Notes under the pieces: model-generated | Database searches by the model: none | What the model saw: the letters and a program-made list of their open reading frames with translations, nothing else | What the model was told of the DNA's origin: nothing | Shown: positions 1 through 8,013 of the stretch, piece by piece | Layout of the letters: every line of letters starts with the position of its first letter | Numbering within the stretch: position 1 is the stretch's first letter | From: Candidatus Parcubacteria bacterium | GTDB lineage: Bacteria; Patescibacteriota; Minisyncoccia; Phycocordibacterales; UBA2100 | Assembly: GCA_003599295.1 (NCBI GenBank) | Contig: QZJK01000006.1 | Coordinates: 14,681 to 78,680 of the forward strand | Reading direction: 5' to 3' | DNA length: 64,000 bases | Position numbers and translations under genes: made by a program

Positions 1-52
1 AGTACGCACGATTCGGGTTCGTGTAGACCGGGTTCGATTCCCGGCGGCCCGA
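1..52 (+). tRNA. tRNA-Pro(CGG), 5' end cut by window edge
   Basis: Anticodon arm CACGA-TTCGGGT-TCGTG, T-arm CCGGGTTCGATTCCCGG, acceptor 3' strand CGGCCCG-A. Confidence 0.9.
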
Positions 53-55
53 TAA

Positions 56-126
56 CGGGATGTCGTATAGTGGTAGTACGCAAGCATGGGGTGCTTGTAG
101 CCCGAGTTCGATTCTCGGCATCCCGA
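56..126 (+). tRNA. tRNA-Pro(GGG)
   Basis: Acceptor CGGGATG/CATCCCG, anticodon arm CAAGC-ATGGGGT-GCTTG, TTCGA T-loop; no encoded CCA. Confidence 0.95.
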
Positions 127-260
127 ACGAACGAAGTGAGAGAGGGATGAGCGAAGCCGCGCTTCGCGTCCGAGTCGCATGTCCCCGTGGAGGAAGGAAT
201 GGGAAACCGAAAGGTGTCCCAGACGGGGGTCGGGGGCATGGGCTCGGTGTCCCGAACGTA
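127..260 (+). repeat. tRNA-downstream structured repeat, copy A
   Basis: ACGAACGAAGTGAG motif, GGGATG complementary to the tRNA 3' end, and blocks GTCCCCGTGGAGGAAGG, GGGAAACC and GGGGTCGGG shared with copies near 15.3 and 15.9 kb. Confidence 0.55.
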
Positions 261-298
261 GACGCATGTTTTTTGCTAGTGTATTCTGTGCGTGCTTA

Positions 299-369
299 GG
301 GCTTATAGTAAAGTGGCATTACGCGGCATTCGCATTGCCGAGTCCCGGGTTCGATTCCCGGTAAGTCCA
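299..369 (+). tRNA. tRNA-Ala(CGC)
   Basis: Acceptor GGGCTTA/TAAGTCC with G3:U70, anticodon arm CGGCA-TTCGCAT-TGCCG. Confidence 0.95.
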
Positions 370-415
370 CAAACAGCATTCCATTCGCGCCTTTTTCTGC
401 TATACTGCTTTCCTA

Positions 416-1372
416 ATGGACTACCGCGTCTTCAGCCTTGGCTCGAATGACGGTCTCGCGACGAAGATCGCAGAAACGCTGGGAATGCCGCTGGGCCAAG
501 TGAAGTGCAGAGCGTTCTCCGACGGCGAACAGCACGTGCAGTTCCTCGAAAATCTTCGCGGCAAGAATATCTTTCTCATTCAGTCGACGAATCCTCCGGC
601 GGAGAATTGGATACGGCTTCTTCTTGCGATAGATGCGGCACGTGGCGCTTCTGCCCGCGAAATAACCGCAGTCATACCATACTTCGGCTACTCACGGCAG
701 GATAGGAAAGCTCGACCGCGCGAACCGATTTCCGCGCGGATGTTCGCGGAGGCCCTCGAATCCGTCGGCGCGAACCGCATTCTTACGATGGACCTTCACA
801 ATGACGCCATCGGCGGTTTTTTCCGCGAGGCGAACGTAGACTATCTGTACGCGCGGCCGGTATTTCTCAACTATTTCCGCGATTATTTCAAAGAAGCGCT
901 CAAAAAAGATGACCTAGTCGTCGTATCACCGGATGCCGGAGGCACTGTTCGCGCCCAATCCTATGCGCGGCGTCTTATGAAATCCGCAGACCTCGCCATC
1001 ATCCACAAGGAGCGAGAGATACCCAACAAAGTCGCGCGCATGAAGCTCGCCGGAGACGTGAAAGGAAAAATTGCACTCATCGTGGACGATATGGCGGACA
1101 CCTGCGGCACCTTGGCGCGCGCAGTTGAACTGCTCGTCGAAAACGGCGCAACGGAAGTTTACGCGGCCGCGACGCACGGCATTCTTTCGGGAGACGCGAT
1201 ACAAACGTTGGAGTCTTCCGCCATTAAACGCGTCTTTATCACTGACACAGTGTCCACCGACCGCGAACTTGGTTCGAAAGTGGAAGTCGTATCAGTGGGA
1301 AAGACCTTCGGAGAAGCAATAGACCGTATCGAAAGCGGCGAATCTTTAAGCGCATTGTTTGAAACGGAGTAG
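416..1372 (+). CDS. prs: Ribose-phosphate pyrophosphokinase
   Basis: FSDGE, PYFGYSRQDRK, MDLH, VSPDAGG and DDMADTCGTL motifs; TGCTATACT -10 element 9 nt upstream. Confidence 0.97.
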   Translation: MDYRVFSLGSNDGLATKIAETLGMPLGQVKCRAFSDGEQHVQFLENLRGKNIFLIQSTNPPAENWIRLLLAIDAARGASAREITAVIPYFGYSRQDRKARPREPISARMFAEALESVGANRILTMDLHNDAIGGFFREANVDYLYARPVFLNYFRDYFKEALKKDDLVVVSPDAGGTVRAQSYARRLMKSADLAIIHKEREIPNKVARMKLAGDVKGKIALIVDDMADTCGTLARAVELLVENGATEVYAAATHGILSGDAIQTLESSAIKRVFITDTVSTDRELGSKVEVVSVGKTFGEAIDRIESGESLSALFETE

Positions 1373-1381
1373 GAACACTCG

Positions 1382-1507
1382 GGGTATTGTCCCCACAGAA
1401 CCCGGATGCGCTTTCCCGCGAAGCGCATCCTTAGGTTCGACGCTCGGCTCGCGCTTCGCGCGAGGCCAAGCCCTCGCGTCTGCACAGGTTCCGCACGGAC
1501 AATACCC
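1382..1507. repeat. Long-stem palindromic intergenic element (MITE-like) flanked by CTCG direct repeats
   Basis: GGGGTATTGTCC (1381-1392) pairs with GGACAATACCCC (1497-1508); internal hairpins GGATGCGCTT/AAGCGCATCC and CTCGCGC/GCGCGAG; CTCG at 1378-1381 and 1508-1511. Confidence 0.65.
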
Positions 1508-1593
1508 CTCGCTTGGAGTTGGAAGGGGAACGTCCCAGATGCTTTAATTGCGCGTCTGAGAAAAACGCGTAATTATGAGCGCGTGCGATACAC

Positions 1594-1665
1594 GCTCCCA
1601 TAGTTTAATGGATAGAACGTAAGCTTCCGGAGCTTATGATCGAGGTTCGATTCCTCGTGGGAGCA
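1594..1665 (+). tRNA. tRNA-Arg(CCG)
   Basis: Acceptor GCTCCCA/TGGGAGC, anticodon arm TAAGC-TTCCGGA-GCTTA. Confidence 0.95.
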
Positions 1666-1725
1666 CACGAATACAGTGAGTACCGTAAGCAAGTCCTCGT
1701 TTTGAACGTCTGTTATACTATACAT

Positions 1726-2190
1726 ATGACGAAAACATGGCTTCTCTTGGGTTTAGCGCTCCTTCTCGCGATAGTCGCGGGGTTTCTTTTGTCTCTGCCT
1801 TCACAAACTCCAAGTGGCGAGGTTTCCGCCATTTCTACATTTGAGGAATGTGCCGCGGCAGGCTACCCAATCATGGAATCGTATCCGGAGCAATGCATGA
1901 CGCCTGATGGCCGCACGTTCACTCGAGACATTTCAGGGGTGGGCGGTGGAGAGGACATAACATTCAACGGTTGCGCGGTCGCGGGTTGCAGCGGACAACT
2001 CTGTGTTTCGGCGGAAGAGGCTGAAGGCATTTTCACGACGTGCGAATTTCGACCGGAATATGCATGCTATAGAGAAGCTTCATGCGAGCCGCAAGCTAAC
2101 GGAAAATGCGGTTGGACGGAAACAGCTGAGCTCCGGCAATGCCTCGCGAATCCTCCAGCACTTGATGATAGTGAACCGCAGGTTTACTGA
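1726..2190 (+). CDS. Membrane-anchored exported Cys-rich protein (eight-cysteine-cluster-like)
   Basis: N-terminal TM helix, FEECAAAGYPIMESYPEQC module, GCSGQLC...CEFRPEYACY...CGW; start set at ATG 1726 behind TGTTATACT. Confidence 0.75.
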   Translation: MTKTWLLLGLALLLAIVAGFLLSLPSQTPSGEVSAISTFEECAAAGYPIMESYPEQCMTPDGRTFTRDISGVGGGEDITFNGCAVAGCSGQLCVSAEEAEGIFTTCEFRPEYACYREASCEPQANGKCGWTETAELRQCLANPPALDDSEPQVY

Positions 2191-2340
2191 CGACGTAGAG
2201 CGAGTGAAATGCAAATGTACTCATTTGCATTTCCGAGCCGAGGAGACAGAAACTGGCGTAAACGTGATTGCGCTTTTGCGCAGGGAGTGCATTCCGACCC
2301 GCAGGGTCAACGCCCTGTGGTGTCGGAATGAGCCAGTTTA

Positions 2341-4014
2341 CTAAAGTCGGCACATTTTGTTAGGATGGGTCGCGCAGGGCCCATAGTATAGCGGTAGAAC
2401 GGTTCCATGGCATGGAACAGGTCGGGGTTCGACTCCCCGTGGGTCCACATCGTAGGAGTTGGTAGTTACCAACTCATTAAATAACCTTGTACTGCTTAGC
2501 GAATGAGCGGTTCGATAACCCTCATTTTGGAAATAGGGCAATTTTCCATCAAACAGGAAGAAAAAGAGCCGCTGCTTTTCGTAAGCAGTGACACTTTTCC
2601 ATATACTTACAGGGTTATTGAGAAGCCCCGTCGCCTTTTCGAGAGCGGTTCGATAAGGTACGCCAGGGTCATCATTTGCACCCATTCTGGCCTCGATACT
2701 GTCGACCTCTTTGGCCGTAGTCTCCATCTCTTTCTCGTACTCTCTCCTCACAGTGTCTGAGGACGTCTTCCGTGCCAGCTCAGCGAGCTGCTTAATCTTC
2801 TTTTTGAGATCGTCCGCACGCTCTTGCATAAGTGTCTTATTCCATTCGACATTGCGTAGCTCTTGTGCCCAAACACGATCAAATACAGTCGCAACAACCT
2901 GCCCAACATCTTGCTTGAGAGCCGTACCTGCGAGAAGTAGTATGAAATTATCCTCAACCTCCTGCTTGTGAAGCATTTTGCTATAGCGTGCACAGACTTT
3001 GTTCTGGCAGTAGTAATATCCATATCTCGCGCTGCGCCCTTTAGACCACGCCCCCGTTAACGGTTTGCCACAATCGCTGCAAACGACCAGCGACCTCATC
3101 GGGAAGTCCTCCGACGTTGTTCTACGAACTTTTCCCCGAATACTATCCTTGTTCAGCCGCTTTAGTATCTGCGCGTGCATTTCGGGCGAGATGATACCTT
3201 GATGCTTGCCTTTGCCGCGAGGTACCTTCCACGGTTTATATTCGATGTCACCGCAGAAGAAACAATCTTCGAGTAACTCGCGTGTTTGTGTGATGCATTT
3301 ATCCGGAGAGCGACCCTTCCAGAATCCGCGCTCTACGAGGAAACGGGCGACATCAATTTGCCGCGCAAGATTGCCGGTAGCAAAGCCTTCGAGTGCTTCT
3401 TTGACCACTCCGAGCCCTTCTTTGTTTGGCACTGAGAATTTCCCATGCAGAGGGTTCTTCACCATGTCGTATCCACGTTTCTTTTTGAAGGGCCAATAGC
3501 CCAGCTCGAGACGAGCTTTCATTTTTTGAATCACTTGGCGTCGGTTCTGGAGTCGTTCGAGCTTTGCCTGTGCTGCAAATATGGTCTCGGCGAACTCTCC
3601 TTCGGGTGAGTCATCGAAGCTGTAGTTGAGACAGTGCAGTAAAACATCTCTCGCCTTGAACGCTGCTCGGAGTTTGAAGTGGAACTCTGTATCGCGAGCG
3701 AACCGTTTGAGATCATCGAAAATCACCAAGAATTTTTGATGCGGGTTTGCGTCTATGTAGTCCAGCATCTCTTTCATTGCAGGGCGTCGCATGAAATCGC
3801 CGCCTCCGGTGAAGCTGTCCGGAAAGGTTGCCTCGTAAGGCACACGCAGTCGATGCTCTAGCTCGTCTTTGCATCGTCCCTCCTGGCTCTGGAGTCCTGT
3901 GCCTTCGGATTCCTGTCGCTTGCTTGATACCCGGACATACACGAGACCGATTCTTCCTTCGTATGGCGAAGTAGTACTGGGGACGACTGTTTCATTTTCT
4001 GTTTTATTCACCAT
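2341..4014 (-). CDS. Large serine recombinase (resolvase, recombinase, Zn ribbon and coiled-coil domains); 3' end runs antisense through tRNA-Ala
   Basis: YVRVSS catalytic Ser, DLKRFAR, CSDC...YYYC Zn ribbon, coiled coil; start chosen at MVNKT (4014). Confidence 0.93.
   Translation of the reverse strand: MVNKTENETVVPSTTSPYEGRIGLVYVRVSSKRQESEGTGLQSQEGRCKDELEHRLRVPYEATFPDSFTGGGDFMRRPAMKEMLDYIDANPHQKFLVIFDDLKRFARDTEFHFKLRAAFKARDVLLHCLNYSFDDSPEGEFAETIFAAQAKLERLQNRRQVIQKMKARLELGYWPFKKKRGYDMVKNPLHGKFSVPNKEGLGVVKEALEGFATGNLARQIDVARFLVERGFWKGRSPDKCITQTRELLEDCFFCGDIEYKPWKVPRGKGKHQGIISPEMHAQILKRLNKDSIRGKVRRTTSEDFPMRSLVVCSDCGKPLTGAWSKGRSARYGYYYCQNKVCARYSKMLHKQEVEDNFILLLAGTALKQDVGQVVATVFDRVWAQELRNVEWNKTLMQERADDLKKKIKQLAELARKTSSDTVRREYEKEMETTAKEVDSIEARMGANDDPGVPYRTALEKATGLLNNPVSIWKSVTAYEKQRLFFFLFDGKLPYFQNEGYRTAHSLSSTRLFNELVTTNSYDVDPRGVEPRPVPCHGTVLPLYYGPCATHPNKMCRL
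2377..2447 (+). tRNA. tRNA-Ala(GGC), integration target
   Basis: Acceptor GGGCCCA/TGGGTCC with G3:U70, anticodon arm GTTCC-ATGGCAT-GGAAC. Confidence 0.95.
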
Positions 4015-4270
4015 ACGGTCGTAGTTCATCTCTAATAATACTCCTGCAAACGTTCTCGACATACCAAAGCCTTCTGGATATAAGGTCATCGGGTGTTGTC
4101 TCGTCGCACAGTAGACGGCGATACTCATGGACGGACATGACAGTATCGCCGCTTCCTACAGTGCTAATAACGAGACCGTATACGACTGCAATAATCGTTG
4201 CGTCCGACACCGACACTGTGTCGTGAACAAATACCGCGATAGTCCTATTTTCTTCTGTCTTTGTGTTCAT
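4004..4270 (-). CDS. Small hypothetical protein overlapping the recombinase start (candidate directionality factor)
   Basis: 88-aa ORF with GGAG SD, overlaps recombinase start by 11 nt; function inferred from position only. Confidence 0.55.
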   Translation of the reverse strand: MNTKTEENRTIAVFVHDTVSVSDATIIAVVYGLVISTVGSGDTVMSVHEYRRLLCDETTPDDLISRRLWYVENVCRSIIRDELRPYGE

Positions 4271-4288
4271 ACGGTCTCCGTGTCGTGT

Positions 4289-4552
4289 TTAGGTTTTGAC
4301 TCCGCCCCCTTGGTCGTTTTGACCCCGATTCTGGTACGCCTCGAGGGGTTTCGTGTGGACATACAGTTGCGCCAGGATCGACCTTTTCTCTTCCTGCGCA
4401 TAGTCGTCTTTATCGACCAGTTTTTTGAACCATCGCCGAATCAGATCGGGGTGGAAGTTCTGCCCAAGAATCGTGAGGGCGAAGTTTAAATAAGTGCTGT
4501 GGTTAGGGCGCTCACGTTCGAGCGCTGCAAACCGGCGTTCAATGCTTCTCAT
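4289..4552 (-). CDS. Small helical hypothetical protein of the recombinase operon
   Basis: 87-aa segment MRSIERRF...RWFKKLVDKDDY reads as protein-like; the upstream extension to 4816 does not. Confidence 0.6.
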   Translation of the reverse strand: MRSIERRFAALERERPNHSTYLNFALTILGQNFHPDLIRRWFKKLVDKDDYAQEEKRSILAQLYVHTKPLEAYQNRGQNDQGGGVKT

Positions 4553-5022
4553 ACGAGTTGTTTTATGACCGAGTAATGTCGCACGATTTGGTATTTCATA
4601 TTCATTTGCGCCATTACTTCCCGAGAACGACAAAAGGAGCACGCGCCTTCCGACGTGCTCCTCCGCATTCCCGCCCAACAAAAAACCCGAAAGCGACCGG
4701 CGAATGTCGATTCCGTATGGTGTACGAAGAGAATCGCCAACCGCTTTCGAGCGGCTTGTTCGGATTACCGACACATGATCCTCGTACACCATGTATCCAT
4801 CCTCTCTAAGTACCAAACCCTAAATCGGCATTGCTTTGTGGATAACTCTCGCCGCTACTATCCCACAATAGGCCGCCTCCCGATGCTGTAAAAAATGCCC
4901 GGGTCTGAACGTATACGGTATCTTATGATTCCTTTTTGAGGCCGGAGTCCCACCCAAACCACCCCCACCCCAATGTCTCAGTAGGACTGGATGTGTGCAT
5001 TACCAGATAACGATGCACACCT

Positions 5023-5247
5023 ATGTACATTCAAGTACTACACCGCGAAGTGTGGTGCGACGTGGAGGGCAACTACGTGCCCACAGATGAGATTGTCGCG
5101 TACCGGGCGTTTAGTGAGGATGGTTTGATATTCGGTTACGGAGAGACCAAGGAGGAGGCAGAGGCCTGTCTGCAGCGTATTTTGTGGCGTATCGAACACC
5201 CCCTTGGTCCAAAATACCCTTGTCCTGCAAAGCCCTTGACACCTTGA
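5023..5247 (+). CDS. Small protein with HicB-like motif
   Basis: GYGETKEEAEACL resembles the HicB G-x-T-x-E-E-A signature. Confidence 0.45.
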   Translation: MYIQVLHREVWCDVEGNYVPTDEIVAYRAFSEDGLIFGYGETKEEAEACLQRILWRIEHPLGPKYPCPAKPLTP

Positions 5248-5274
5248 CTTTCTTATTGTTTGGGTGTACAATAA
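5244..5274 (+). promoter_or_regulatory. sigma70 promoter overlapped by an operator-like inverted repeat
   Basis: TTGACT(5244)-N17-TACAAT(5267); TTATTGT/ACAATAA dyad spans the -10. Confidence 0.65.
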
Positions 5275-5315
5275 ACACCGAGGAAGTCCTTTCACAGCAA
5301 TGGGAGAACGAGACT

Positions 5316-5813
5316 ATGGCCATTTCCACTTTGGCATTCATTGACTTCACCACCGCGGTGAAGCCCACCATCCACGATTTCTATCGATGGCAAGCGAAGG
5401 GTTTCGACGGCTTCGTCGGAACTTCAAGCCAATGCAGTCTGGAACTTCACAAGCCTGGCGGCAAATACTGGTGCACGTTGCACAATGGCATGTGGCACTA
5501 CGAAGGGGCAGCAGGTCGGCTCTTCGCTGCCGCACCTGTTGTGCCGATTTTCGCTGAGCTTGGTGAAGCGCAGGTGCACATGGTTCGGGGCGCTTTCGGC
5601 AAGTTCGTCGGCGGCAACGCTGTCACGGACTATCTCGCCAAGGAGACCGAGGCCGTCACCCGTATCCTCGAGATGGTGAGCAAATTCGAGGAGTTGTCCG
5701 GCGTAGCGTACTTGGAGGACGAGCGCGAGCGTCTGGCGCAAAAGCTGCTCCACGAACTGGCCCACAAGCCGGAGCACGAGCACTATCTCGACAAGCTCGC
5801 CAAAGCCGCCTGA
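5316..5813 (+). CDS. Hypothetical protein
   Basis: Open frame with GGAG SD downstream of the 5244 promoter; no family recognised. Confidence 0.7.
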   Translation: MAISTLAFIDFTTAVKPTIHDFYRWQAKGFDGFVGTSSQCSLELHKPGGKYWCTLHNGMWHYEGAAGRLFAAAPVVPIFAELGEAQVHMVRGAFGKFVGGNAVTDYLAKETEAVTRILEMVSKFEELSGVAYLEDERERLAQKLLHELAHKPEHEHYLDKLAKAA

Positions 5814-5922
5814 GCGTCAGGCAAACCGAATTGGGAGGACGGTCATTTCCTCCCCTCTACTGAGATGACGACCCCAGCGTCGAAGTCTCTGCGAGATAGC
5901 ACATTCACATCAGCAAGGGAGA

Positions 5923-6462
5923 ATGCCAATGTTTGTCGACCACCCACCGGTGCCGAACTGTCCTGCACGTCAGGTCATCGTCATCGAGGAAAAGGACAAG
6001 CCTTATACCATCCTCTTCGTCGACCAAGTGGTCGAGAAGGCTCGAATGTTCGACGCCACCTCGCGTGACGCCGACAATGACGAGATCTTCTGGATCGTCT
6101 ACGGCAACGAGCCTCGGCGCGTCTGGGACATGACCGAATCGGCGTTGCGCAGCTCGCTGCGTCGCCCGAAGTCGGAGCGTTTGCCGAAGGAGCAGTTGCT
6201 CGCAATGGGCGACGATGCACCGCTCGGCGAAATCCTGGAATCATTCGAGTACGGCAGCAACCTGGACAACTTCGCTCGGCGCGAAATGCCGAGGGTCTGT
6301 CGTGAGCTCGAGGTCAACACGCTTGGCCAACTCCGGCAGCATAAACGCGCCGAGATCAGGGGGCCGCAGTGCTGCAGGGCTGGCCAAAGGACCCTGTCGT
6401 ACCTCGACGCCGTCCTGCGCGAGTTCGGCAAGCCCGATCTGCGCTACTACGAAAACGCCTGA
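5923..6462 (+). CDS. Hypothetical protein with C-terminal RNA polymerase alpha-CTD-like domain
   Basis: VNTLGQL...GQRTLSYLDAVLREFG parallels alpha-CTD INTVGDL...GRKSLEEIKEKLAELG; AAGGGGAG SD. Confidence 0.6.
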   Translation: MPMFVDHPPVPNCPARQVIVIEEKDKPYTILFVDQVVEKARMFDATSRDADNDEIFWIVYGNEPRRVWDMTESALRSSLRRPKSERLPKEQLLAMGDDAPLGEILESFEYGSNLDNFARREMPRVCRELEVNTLGQLRQHKRAEIRGPQCCRAGQRTLSYLDAVLREFGKPDLRYYENA

Positions 6463-6508
6463 CGCCGAAGGAGGAACCAATGGCGCTCATTCGTGCCCCG
6501 CCCACTTC

Positions 6509-6540
6509 GAGACCACCCCTGAAAAGGTGGTCTCTTTTTT
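6509..6540 (+). terminator. Rho-independent terminator
   Basis: GAGACCACC/GGTGGTCTC stem followed by T-tract. Confidence 0.8.
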
Positions 6541-6612
6541 ATTTACATACGCCTCTTTGGTCATGGAGCGCTTGCTTTCCAAGGCTCTAAAAAAGGAGTA
6601 GTCTGGCCTCAA

Positions 6613-7749
6613 ATGGACTATCGCGAAATCCGGGAATACCAAATAAAACAACTGGCAAAGAATGTCGCCGAGACACCGTGGCTTATCCTGCCCGGAGAGA
6701 ATAAGCTTACCCGCCGTGCTGTGAAGCTTAGTTTTATTAAAAGCCATACCGACCCCGATAAATTCGTAGGCGTCCATGCGGAGGTTCTATTTCAGAAGCG
6801 TAAAAACCAGAGGGAGCCGTGGCCCGCTCGGTTCGTAAATCTCACAAAGGTTCCCTCAGACTTCGGATTTAGGTTCGCTTTAGACTCAGCACAGACATAC
6901 GAACTCGCACAGGCGTTACAAGATGCTTACCCCATAGGTAGCGAAAAATTATCCTCCGGCAAGCGCACGGTGTTGCGCGGTATTGGCAAGGACGAGCTGG
7001 TGATCACGGATAAGAATAAGGTGGAGGCTCTCCAGCAACTCTCGAAGGTTCTTACAGAGGAAGACATAAATAAATGGATCAAGGAGAACTTGCACGCGCT
7101 CTCTGCAGATCTCGCACTTGCCCGTCTTTATCATGAGCGCAAGGCGAAAGTGGAGGAGTTTAGGAAAGCGCTCGAGCGAGATGAGGACGAAAACTTTTGG
7201 CAAAGGTTCCTCAAAGAGAACGACTGGATGTTTGGCACCGCGTGCGTGGAGATACTGAGCGAACGACGGCTCGGCATCCATCACACCACAGATTTTCCTC
7301 TCAAGACCCATGGCGGGTTTATGGATATTGTTGAAATAAAGCGTCCCGGGCTTTCTTTCTGGACTATGGCCAAGAGTGGAGGTCACTACAAGTACCGCAA
7401 CAAGTTCCTAATACCGCATCCCGAACTACAAGGTGCTCTTGCCCAAACCACGAAATATATTTTGCAGGCAGAGAAAAAGGTAAACGATAAGGAGTACATT
7501 GACGATCATGACGGTGTAATTCCACTCAAACCACGAGGCATTGTAGTGCACGGTAGAAGTAATAAATGGGGCGAGGAGGAATGGGAGGCTTTCCGCTTGC
7601 TTAATGACGAGATGCATACGGTTCAGATTCTGACCTTCGACCACCTACTCGCACAAGCCGACCGTATGCTCGCAGTAATGCAGGTGAAAGACGAGAATCC
7701 TCCACTAGAGGAGGTGGAGGATATTAACCCCGATGATATTCCGTTTTAA
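6613..7749 (+). CDS. sduA: Shedu (DUF4263) anti-phage nuclease with SSB-like C-terminal tail
   Basis: E-x-FWQ-x-FLKENDWMFG, TDF, IVEIKRP, ALAQ..Y, IVVHGRS and QILTFDHL fit the DUF4263 PD-(D/E)xK pattern; ends EDINPDDIPF. Confidence 0.85.
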   Translation: MDYREIREYQIKQLAKNVAETPWLILPGENKLTRRAVKLSFIKSHTDPDKFVGVHAEVLFQKRKNQREPWPARFVNLTKVPSDFGFRFALDSAQTYELAQALQDAYPIGSEKLSSGKRTVLRGIGKDELVITDKNKVEALQQLSKVLTEEDINKWIKENLHALSADLALARLYHERKAKVEEFRKALERDEDENFWQRFLKENDWMFGTACVEILSERRLGIHHTTDFPLKTHGGFMDIVEIKRPGLSFWTMAKSGGHYKYRNKFLIPHPELQGALAQTTKYILQAEKKVNDKEYIDDHDGVIPLKPRGIVVHGRSNKWGEEEWEAFRLLNDEMHTVQILTFDHLLAQADRMLAVMQVKDENPPLEEVEDINPDDIPF

Positions 7750-8013
7750 TGCCCGTCCGAAGAATCGGATCAAAATCCCTGAAAACAGAGAATTTGCCAC
7801 CCCCAGGTCTTGTACTCCCCATATCTAATACCTGCTATGTGGTAATACCTTGTGGCGTTCATGGCTCCGCTGCAAGCAATTCCTGCAAATGAGGGGAAGC
7901 CTGGTAATGACCCCAGAACCGAGAAAGATAGGTTTTAGTGCGGTTCAATATTTGATACGCTGAGTCCACAGAACTACATCAAGTGCGACATGGCGTATGG
8001 TACCCTATAACGA

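Larger units (their letters stand above)
2443..7970. mobile_element. Integrative island (~5.5 kb) in tRNA-Ala(GGC) carrying a serine recombinase and a Shedu-like defence gene
   Basis: TG(G/A)GTCCACA direct repeat at 2440-2449 and 7961-7970; reconstructed attP has dyad TACGCTG..CATCGTA around the core; recombinase frame stays open across the reconstructed junction. Confidence 0.82.

Noticed and set aside
60-364. ORFs 60..299 and 179..364
   Set aside because: They overlap tRNA-Pro, tRNA-Ala and the structured repeat and have no protein-like features.
362-371. GTCCACA at the end of tRNA-Ala(CGC) as the island's left boundary
   Set aside because: It would place prs and tRNA-Arg inside the island, and the recombinase frame and attP dyad fit only the tRNA-Ala(GGC) site. 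At most a secondary attB.
4015-4128. Extended 595-aa recombinase start
   Set aside because: The extension overlaps the upstream 88-aa gene, and the catalytic motif lies close to the ATG at 4014.
5818-5860. GGCAAACC resembling a c-di-GMP-I riboswitch
   Set aside because: No GNRA-capped P2 or GCAAAG/P3 elements follow.
7752-7770. CCCGTCC after the Shedu-like gene as a third mini-element end
   Set aside because: Match is only 7 nt and there is no GACGGG partner or duplication.
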